NCBI GenBank assembly: GCA_964494885.1
Contig: CAZBTH010000006.1
Span: 1 to 55,933, forward strand
Direction of reading: 5' to 3'
Length of the DNA stretch: 55,933 nt
Source: an uncultured Gammaproteobacteria bacterium
Lineage (GTDB): Bacteria; Patescibacteriota; Microgenomatia; UBA8517
Both the position numbers and the translations under genes were made by a program. The notes beneath the pieces are model-generated. The model did no database searches, was not told the origin of the DNA, and saw nothing but the letters and a program-made list of their open reading frames with translations. The first letter of the stretch is position 1. Every line of letters begins with the position of its first letter. Shown here in pieces: positions 27,889-34,586 of the stretch.

Positions 27889-28887
27889 ATGAACGATGAA
27901 CTGAAAGCTGAACTTAAAAGTCTTGGTTTGACAGACGAACAGATTACCGCGATCGGGGAAAACCTTGGTGTGGTCTCCCGTGAGGACATGACGTTCGTTA
28001 CTGTCGAAATGCTGACGGAACTCAAGCTGAAGCCGATTGCGGCTGCCAAAGTGGTCCGTCATTTCAAGACCTCCGATGTCGCAACCACCGCGCCACTCGG
28101 CGAGAAGCCTTCCAAGGCAGACGTCGAGTCCTACGCCAAGAACATTGGGATGGATTCAGGAATGCTTATGGCATTCATGTTCGCGAACGCAGGCAGTGGT
28201 GCCGGGCTTGAAATGGACCTGAGTTCATTTATGCCTCTGGGCCCCATTGTGGCAGGCTATAGCCCCAAGCGCCGCGACATGAGCCTCATGGTCATGGGCC
28301 AGATCGAACGCCGCCTGGAAACTCCCATTGTTATCATCAACGCCGACGGCTCCGTAAATGCTGCCCTGACCGAAAAGTACATCCTCTCCCTGGAGGAAGG
28401 CTTTGATCCGGCAGAGGACGCTGTTTTCTACGATGAAGATGGCTCACCCTACGAGGTGGTTCGCGTTGGTGTGGATGCCCAGGGCATTTACGACGCCGAC
28501 CCGATTGACTCAACCCGTGCGCTTCAGCAAAACGGAATGGGCATCGGCCGCATCAACTGGCACAGTGTGCCTTTGGAGGTGCGTCAGGTGGCCTATTTCG
28601 CGACCCGCTCCGGCGAACTTTCGGCTGGTGATGAATCGAAGCTTCAGTGGCTTCGCACGAACATCAAGCCCGAAACCAAACGACTGGACCTGCGTAGCGA
28701 GTTCCCCAAAGCGATCGGCATGTTCAATGAAGCCAACCGCACGGGCTCTCTGCCTACACTGCGCGTTACGCTTGGTCGTGGCCCCCGCCGCAAGGAAGTT
28801 ATGCCTCGGCGCCGGCTCAATAGTGGTCCTCGTGACCTGTCCGGTCTCAAACGCATCGTTGGCGATCCCGGCGATCCCGATCAGTAA
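27889..28887 (+). CDS. hypothetical protein with N-terminal SAM/HhH-like helical domain
   Basis: LKSLGL...LGV....D...VT.EMLTELKLKPIAA.K pattern; strong SD. Confidence 0.75.
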   Translation: MNDELKAELKSLGLTDEQITAIGENLGVVSREDMTFVTVEMLTELKLKPIAAAKVVRHFKTSDVATTAPLGEKPSKADVESYAKNIGMDSGMLMAFMFANAGSGAGLEMDLSSFMPLGPIVAGYSPKRRDMSLMVMGQIERRLETPIVIINADGSVNAALTEKYILSLEEGFDPAEDAVFYDEDGSPYEVVRVGVDAQGIYDADPIDSTRALQQNGMGIGRINWHSVPLEVRQVAYFATRSGELSAGDESKLQWLRTNIKPETKRLDLRSEFPKAIGMFNEANRTGSLPTLRVTLGRGPRRKEVMPRRRLNSGPRDLSGLKRIVGDPGDPDQ

Positions 28888-28900
28888 TACTCTTCACCTC

Positions 28901-28991
28901 GCTCACTAAAGTGAGCAAACGAGCAGATTGAGCTTACGCTCCGGTTTGCGGGAGAATTTATTTTTTTAAATTCCCCGCAAACCGCTGCTCG
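28901..28991 (+). other. structured RNA: hairpin plus three-way junction
   Basis: GCTCACT/AGTGAGC; CGAGCAG/CTGCTCG enclosing GAGC/GCTC and CGGTTTGCGGG/CCCGCAAACCG stems. Confidence 0.7.
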
Positions 28992-29061
28992 AAACCTATA
29001 TGGATTAAATCCACACTGACGAGTTCTGTTTAAACTCAGTTTAAAAAAGAACGAAAGGTTT
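28992..29061 (+). ncRNA. type III hammerhead ribozyme
   Basis: Stem III AAACCT/AGGTTT, CUA cleavage site (after 28998), stem I TATGGAT/ATCCACA, CUGACGA core, stem II GTTCT/AGAAC, GAAA. Confidence 0.85.
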
Positions 29062-30501
29062 ATGAAAGAAAATGAAAAACATTTTGGAATTGTTAACGGT
29101 ATCGGAATTGGAGAAGAAACAAAAGGTAATACCGTTCAAGCATTGGTTCGTGAGTTAAACGCCCACACTGTCTGGCGATCCGGTAGTTGGGTGGGAGGGC
29201 ACCATATAACTCACGATGATGACCGTGAAGCTGTACTCAATCACTTCGGGGCGGGGGTGTTTGAGGGTGCAGATACATACCTAAAACACATGGTGGTTAA
29301 CCCTGTGGTACTTTTTCAGGAAGCCCTGAGACTTGAGAGTCTGGGTATCCTAAGCCCACTTCAACGTATAAAAATTGATGAAAGTTGTATTGCTTCAACA
29401 CCATTTCATAGCGCAATAAGCCGAGCCAGGGAAATTCTTCGTGGAGAAAACAAGAAAGGTACCATTGGACAGGGTGTTGGTGAGGCCATTAAAGATTCTA
29501 TTGAATCCGAACTTACTGTCAGGGCTGGAGAATTTTCGGACAGGCAAATTATCCTCATGAAAGTAGAAAACATCAGATTGGCAAAACTTAAAATAGTCGA
29601 GCAATTAATTGCCGATCATAAAGGTTCAGTGCCGGAGGAGGTCTATGCCGAGGTAGAAGTGTTGAAAGACAATGATTTAGTTGGGGTTGTGGTTGATAGC
29701 TTTCAATACATTTCAAGCCTGGTTAAAGTGGTTGATAGTCGCTATTTAAATACATTGTTGAGTAGGGGTGGCTCAATTGTAAATGAAGTTTCGCATGGGG
29801 CTCTCCATCATCCAAGATATGGATTTTTACCTCACATTACCCAAATAGATCCGACTTCCCAGGACGTTTTAGCTACGGTTAGGGCCAATAATTATAATGG
29901 CAAAATTATGCGTATCGGAGTAGTCAGAAGTTATCTGACCAGACATGGCGCGGGGCCACTAGTGAGCTTTGATCAAAAGTTAACAGACTCTCTTATATCA
30001 GTAGAAAAAGACAATAACGGGGCAAATGAATGGCTGGGCGCGTTTAGAATTGGGTATTTCGATGTTGTTGCACTGAGATATGCATTATCAATAAGTGGTG
30101 GAAGCAAGGCGTTTGGTGGAATATTTGTGAGTTATTTGGATATTCTTTCCAAGAGAAAAAATTGGCCAGTTGTTGAAGCTTATGAGTACGATGGCAAAGA
30201 AAACGGTTTGGATGATTTCTTTATTATTGAAGGTAGTAAAATCACAGGGATTAAGCTTCACCCCGATATGAATAAAAGTGAACACACGGCTCATCAAATT
30301 CAACTAACAAAACTCCTAAATGAGTGTTCTCCTATCACCACCACCTTGACTCCGACGGAAGAAAAAACACTTGAGCAAGTATTCTTACGATATGTTGAAA
30401 ATAATCTTGGTGTGCCTGTTATTGGAACCGGTTACGGACCTAAAGTAACGGACAGGCATTTTATCCCTCAGTGGCAAAATAATTTAAGACAAGTCGGGTA
30501 A
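29062..30501 (+). CDS. divergent adenylosuccinate synthetase (PurA)-like protein
   Basis: GEETKG P-loop, GHH, GTIGQGVG, YLTRHGAGP, RIGYFD, LDIL, GYGP motifs. Confidence 0.85.
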   Translation: MKENEKHFGIVNGIGIGEETKGNTVQALVRELNAHTVWRSGSWVGGHHITHDDDREAVLNHFGAGVFEGADTYLKHMVVNPVVLFQEALRLESLGILSPLQRIKIDESCIASTPFHSAISRAREILRGENKKGTIGQGVGEAIKDSIESELTVRAGEFSDRQIILMKVENIRLAKLKIVEQLIADHKGSVPEEVYAEVEVLKDNDLVGVVVDSFQYISSLVKVVDSRYLNTLLSRGGSIVNEVSHGALHHPRYGFLPHITQIDPTSQDVLATVRANNYNGKIMRIGVVRSYLTRHGAGPLVSFDQKLTDSLISVEKDNNGANEWLGAFRIGYFDVVALRYALSISGGSKAFGGIFVSYLDILSKRKNWPVVEAYEYDGKENGLDDFFIIEGSKITGIKLHPDMNKSEHTAHQIQLTKLLNECSPITTTLTPTEEKTLEQVFLRYVENNLGVPVIGTGYGPKVTDRHFIPQWQNNLRQVG

Positions 30502-32322
30502 AAAGACCCTGCTTAAGAATAATTTTGTAGCCACCCTTCTATAGCCAGGATCCCAATAATCGCTTTTCCAGTCTATTAAATCTGAGTTTTTTGTATTTAG
30601 CCTGACGATACGTGGGTAAAATTTTCTATATCCCTTATGCATTAATCGATACTGTAGGACATCAAGCTCCAACTGTCCGAGAAGTTGACCTCTAATTTCT
30701 TGTTTTCTTTCCTCGTCATAAGGCAAATATAGATATTTTGTAAGAGTGTCACTGCGAATCTTCTTAAAATCAAGGCCGTGTCCTATCCAAATTCCACCCA
30801 TAAGAAAGTGGTTCTGATTATCTCCAACAATGGTTCTGGTAATTTCCTTAGGTACCTTAAATCCAAATTTTTCATTTTCCTGTGTTACCCAAAACTCAAG
30901 GAATTTGTGAATTTTGGCAAGTTCTGGGAAATCTTTGCCTAAAATTTCCAGGGCTTTTTGTCTATCTTCAAACTTTGCTTCAGGTCTAAAGAATATTGCC
31001 GCGTCAAAATCAGCGTCCGAATCAGCATAAAGTTTTATGCGTGATCCAAACAGCAAGAAACTGGGATATAGAATTTTTGATAGAAGCGGGTGATTTTCTA
31101 TCTTTTTTGCGGCATTTGATAAAATTTCTGTTTCTTCGGATATATACTTATTGTCGAAGATGTCAGAAGAGGTTAAATCTGTTAAATTTATTTTGAGTTT
31201 TTGTAAGAATTCCTTTTCAACTATTCCAAATCTGACCCATCTGTTTAAACCTCCGATCACGCAATTCTTTACTTTTGGATCATTCAAGGCAAATATAGCC
31301 TGAACCATGTCTTTAATGTCCAAAGCAAATTCTTTTGCTTTTTTAGGATTGGTTTTAGCAAGGAATTCTCCGGTTTCTATAACTCCCAGTACAACCACTT
31401 CGGGCCTGCCTTTATTGGCTAGTTCGTGTGGATCTAGGCCAGCAACAATCTTTTTTGACAATACTTCTGCCTCTTTTTCGTTTGTTGATTCCTCCGCTAG
31501 CGATCTTAACCACGCAGCTCTATGCGTACTTATTTTTGTCGAAGTAGGATCGTCCCAATATTTTTCTCTCGTGGTCGAAGTGTTTGTCATTTTCCCAAAT
31601 TTTTTCTCAATTACAGCATTGATTTTACCTAAATAGTTCTTATCAATAAGGCCCCTATCGATCGAGACAATTGCTCCTTCAGCCACGGATTTTAGAAATA
31701 GCTTATTTTTTATTGATTCTAGGAGCGTGTAAATATCCCTTTCTGTAATGATTCCTAAAGCAATTAGCTCTGGGGTAAGATGTCCTGCTTTGCTGATTCT
31801 TTCAGGTTCAGGCAGTCCTGGTTCTAATATGTCCCCGTCTACGAAATTTGCTCTAGGTTCGTGTTGAAAGAGAAGCTCTATCCAATGTTTTCGGTATAAA
31901 TCTGCCAGCCTCTGACCTGAAGCGGACAAATGATCGGAGGGAGATTCGTGTTTATGTATGTTTGGCAGTATTTCGAAAGGCAGATAAAGAAGAATTCTTG
32001 CATTGTTTTCGTCCCGTTCCAGGAAATCAGATATGCCGCTCCATAATTCTGCCACATCAGATTCTGTTACCAGTCCTCTTTTCATAGCTTCCTCTATATC
32101 GAGTTCAGGATCTGGGGAGGTTTCAAATATACGATCGCAGAGGTTGTAAAGGTTTCTTCTTTCTTCAGCCTGTTCGATCACTTTTGAGTTTGAGACGACC
32201 TCTTTGGGTAGATTATGATTACCTTCTTTTCTGGCCATAAAGAGTTCGATAGAAATTGGGGGTAAAACATTGGGGGACATAGAGTCTCTCTCTATTTTTT
32301 TGTCAGGGTGAATTTTTTCCAT
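30484..32322 (-). CDS. large protein with a C-terminal Pol-beta-type nucleotidyltransferase domain
   Basis: LFGSRIKLYADSDADFDAAIF (GS...DxD) plus a downstream acidic residue. Confidence 0.65.
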   Translation of the reverse strand: MEKIHPDKKIERDSMSPNVLPPISIELFMARKEGNHNLPKEVVSNSKVIEQAEERRNLYNLCDRIFETSPDPELDIEEAMKRGLVTESDVAELWSGISDFLERDENNARILLYLPFEILPNIHKHESPSDHLSASGQRLADLYRKHWIELLFQHEPRANFVDGDILEPGLPEPERISKAGHLTPELIALGIITERDIYTLLESIKNKLFLKSVAEGAIVSIDRGLIDKNYLGKINAVIEKKFGKMTNTSTTREKYWDDPTSTKISTHRAAWLRSLAEESTNEKEAEVLSKKIVAGLDPHELANKGRPEVVVLGVIETGEFLAKTNPKKAKEFALDIKDMVQAIFALNDPKVKNCVIGGLNRWVRFGIVEKEFLQKLKINLTDLTSSDIFDNKYISEETEILSNAAKKIENHPLLSKILYPSFLLFGSRIKLYADSDADFDAAIFFRPEAKFEDRQKALEILGKDFPELAKIHKFLEFWVTQENEKFGFKVPKEITRTIVGDNQNHFLMGGIWIGHGLDFKKIRSDTLTKYLYLPYDEERKQEIRGQLLGQLELDVLQYRLMHKGYRKFYPRIVRLNTKNSDLIDWKSDYWDPGYRRVATKLFLSRVFLPDLS

Positions 32323-32577
32323 GGCCAGGGATTTTAACACAAACGAGGCCGAAAGTCAAGGCTATAGGTCTACTTTGATTATTTGTCCGATGAAGCCGGC
32401 TGGTTAACGCTTTTTTTGAAAAAATTCTATCGGGAGGCCCATAAAAGTGGTAAATTTAGCCTCGCTTGAGCCTTTTAACAACTTCGCGACCCCTTGATTT
32501 ACAGTCTCCATAATCTGTTCAGCAGTTTTTTCGAGGAATATACTCCTCTTACTCGAGTTTGCAACTCTCGCAAGAGA

Positions 32578-33099
32578 TTATATACTCGAAATTTTTGTTT
32601 GCTGGTGCAAACTCAAGTTTCTTGAGTATATGTGTGAGCTGTATTCGTTTGCTAGTAAAGCGTTTCTGTATTCTCCGGGCTTGTAGTAGTTGGTGTATCT
32701 CAAAATAAAGATTCCGTCATCTTCAAAATCTTTGGTGTTTTTAATATTTCCATTTGTCGTAAATATTGGTTTTTTGTTTTTCAATTCGTATGTGAAATAA
32801 GTTGTTGGAAAGTTTCTTCTATAGATTGTTATGGCTCCATCCGACTTAAGAACTGCGTCGCCATCGACTTGCGAGTGTGCTAGAAGCAATCCTGTCCTTT
32901 TTTCACGCAATAAGAACATTAAGTCGTCATGTTTTACCAGTCTTTTGAGTGTTTGATCTATAAATATTTGCCTGGCCAATTCAGCTTCATTCTTTTGTTT
33001 TTCTCTGTTGACATCTTCGCCGGTAGTCACGAATTTGGCATCAACAGGGATTGCTTTTAATTTAGATCTAAGGGCATCAAATTGTTGGTTAATTTCCAT
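32578..33099 (-). CDS. hypothetical protein (possibly truncated)
   Basis: Promoter TTGACT-17-TATTAT 6 nt before the ATG; frame stays open for about 57 codons past the stop. Confidence 0.55.
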   Translation of the reverse strand: MEINQQFDALRSKLKAIPVDAKFVTTGEDVNREKQKNEAELARQIFIDQTLKRLVKHDDLMFLLREKRTGLLLAHSQVDGDAVLKSDGAITIYRRNFPTTYFTYELKNKKPIFTTNGNIKNTKDFEDDGIFILRYTNYYKPGEYRNALLANEYSSHIYSRNLSLHQQTKISSI

Positions 33100-33224
33100 G
33101 CGGGCATAATACAGCATTTTCCCTCAAAAGTCAAGGCTATAGGCTACTATAAGCTTTGCTTATGAGGGTATTGTATAATGGCAAGTTCTCTTCTTTTGTG
33201 CCTAAAAAAGAGTACACTAAAGGT

Positions 33225-34154
33225 ATGGCAGAAAGAATTGTAAAAACTCTCGAAGAAAGATCACCTGAAGGTCAGAAGATATACGAGACCAGTATGGAAC
33301 TAAGCGCGGGAGATAAAGAGAGGATAAGACCTTTTATAAACTCTGATGGAGATATTCTTGATTTAGGAGCTGGAGCCGGACCAATTACACAAAGATTAAG
33401 AATTTGGTTTCCAGACAGTCATGTAGTTGCCCTTGATCAGTCGGGGTATATGATTAAAAGGCTCAGTCAACGTTTTGCAGGCGACCCGAATGTGGAGGTT
33501 GTTCAAGCCGATGCCAGAGAATTTAGGCGTCCAAAACCGTTTAGTACGATAGTGGCAATATCATTTTTTCACGAAGTGTTTTCTGGAAGTAATTATAATC
33601 ATGAGGCTGTGATTGAGACGATAAAAAACGCTGAATCTATGTTAGAAAAAGAAGGCCGCCTGATTATACGTGACGGCGTTCAGCCGGAGCATGAAGAATT
33701 ATACCTAAGACCCATAACACAATTCGCAGTCGATAGATTTCAAAAATTTGTAGCAGGATTTGGTAAAGTGCGACCGGTAAACTATACGATTGGCAATTTC
33801 CACTCAGATGTTTTTGTCCAAAGAGGAAGGGCTTTTCAAAGTGATGATGTTGGTAAGTCGTTAATCGAGATTTCATCACAATCTGCCAGTGAGATGTTTT
33901 CTAAATATTTTTATGCAGAAGAAAACTTGCCGGTAGAACTTTCAGAACAGTTTGGAATTTGGACCCTCAGGGAATACCAGAAAATACTTTTAGAATGTGG
34001 TTTTGCTATTGTACACGCAGAAACCTATGCTCTTCCTTGGCTAATAGAAAATCACTACTCCAAAGATTGGGAAGTATTCCATTTGAAAGATGGGGTTTTG
34101 AGTAATGCTCCATATCCACCAAGTACAATGCTTCTGGTTGGAGAAAAACAATAA
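33225..34154 (+). CDS. class I SAM-dependent methyltransferase
   Basis: ILDLGAGAG, FFHEVFS, LIIRDG motifs; same subfamily as the C-terminal domain of 8562..11567. Confidence 0.88.
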   Translation: MAERIVKTLEERSPEGQKIYETSMELSAGDKERIRPFINSDGDILDLGAGAGPITQRLRIWFPDSHVVALDQSGYMIKRLSQRFAGDPNVEVVQADAREFRRPKPFSTIVAISFFHEVFSGSNYNHEAVIETIKNAESMLEKEGRLIIRDGVQPEHEELYLRPITQFAVDRFQKFVAGFGKVRPVNYTIGNFHSDVFVQRGRAFQSDDVGKSLIEISSQSASEMFSKYFYAEENLPVELSEQFGIWTLREYQKILLECGFAIVHAETYALPWLIENHYSKDWEVFHLKDGVLSNAPYPPSTMLLVGEKQ

Positions 34155-34238
34155 ATTCCGAAACGATAAAAAAATCATTCCGGTAATGAAACCGTACCTA
34201 CAAACCGGTATTTTAGTAAATTTGGTACAATAATTTTG

Positions 34239-34451
34239 ATGCGTTTTAAACTTTCCAAAACCCAAACTCTGGAACTTTCTAAATATTGGTTTGATTTGTC
34301 GAAGCTTTCTTTTGGTTCGCTAATTCTAAAACTATTTGAGCCTGGAGCGCCGAATTTTACCCCCTTGTCTTTTGGAATAATATTTTGGGGGTTAGCGTTG
34401 ACAATAATATTTGCTATGATAGGATTACAGTTTTCAAGAAAGATCAAATAA
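34239..34451 (+). CDS. small membrane protein
   Basis: Two hydrophobic helices; ELSKYWFDLSKL pattern. Confidence 0.6.
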   Translation: MRFKLSKTQTLELSKYWFDLSKLSFGSLILKLFEPGAPNFTPLSFGIIFWGLALTIIFAMIGLQFSRKIK

Positions 34452-34586
34452 TGTTGACCAATATCGATCAAGGACTACTTCTTTTCTACGCTGCTGGTGG
34501 AATTTTGGCCATTGCAGGAATTCTTCTTTACATTGCTTCTAAAAAATAAATCGCTTTCGAGGTATAATTAGGATCGAATCAAAAAT

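Noticed and set aside
29062-30501. Calling the gene purA or purZ
   Set aside because: Catalytic, aspartate-binding and GTP-specificity motifs match neither; left as PurA-like
32404-32580. Stop-codon readthrough or recoding of ORF 32578..33099
   Set aside because: The frame stays open for about 57 codons after TAA, but other genes use TAA, TAG and TGA as normal stops; gene decay is the simpler explanation
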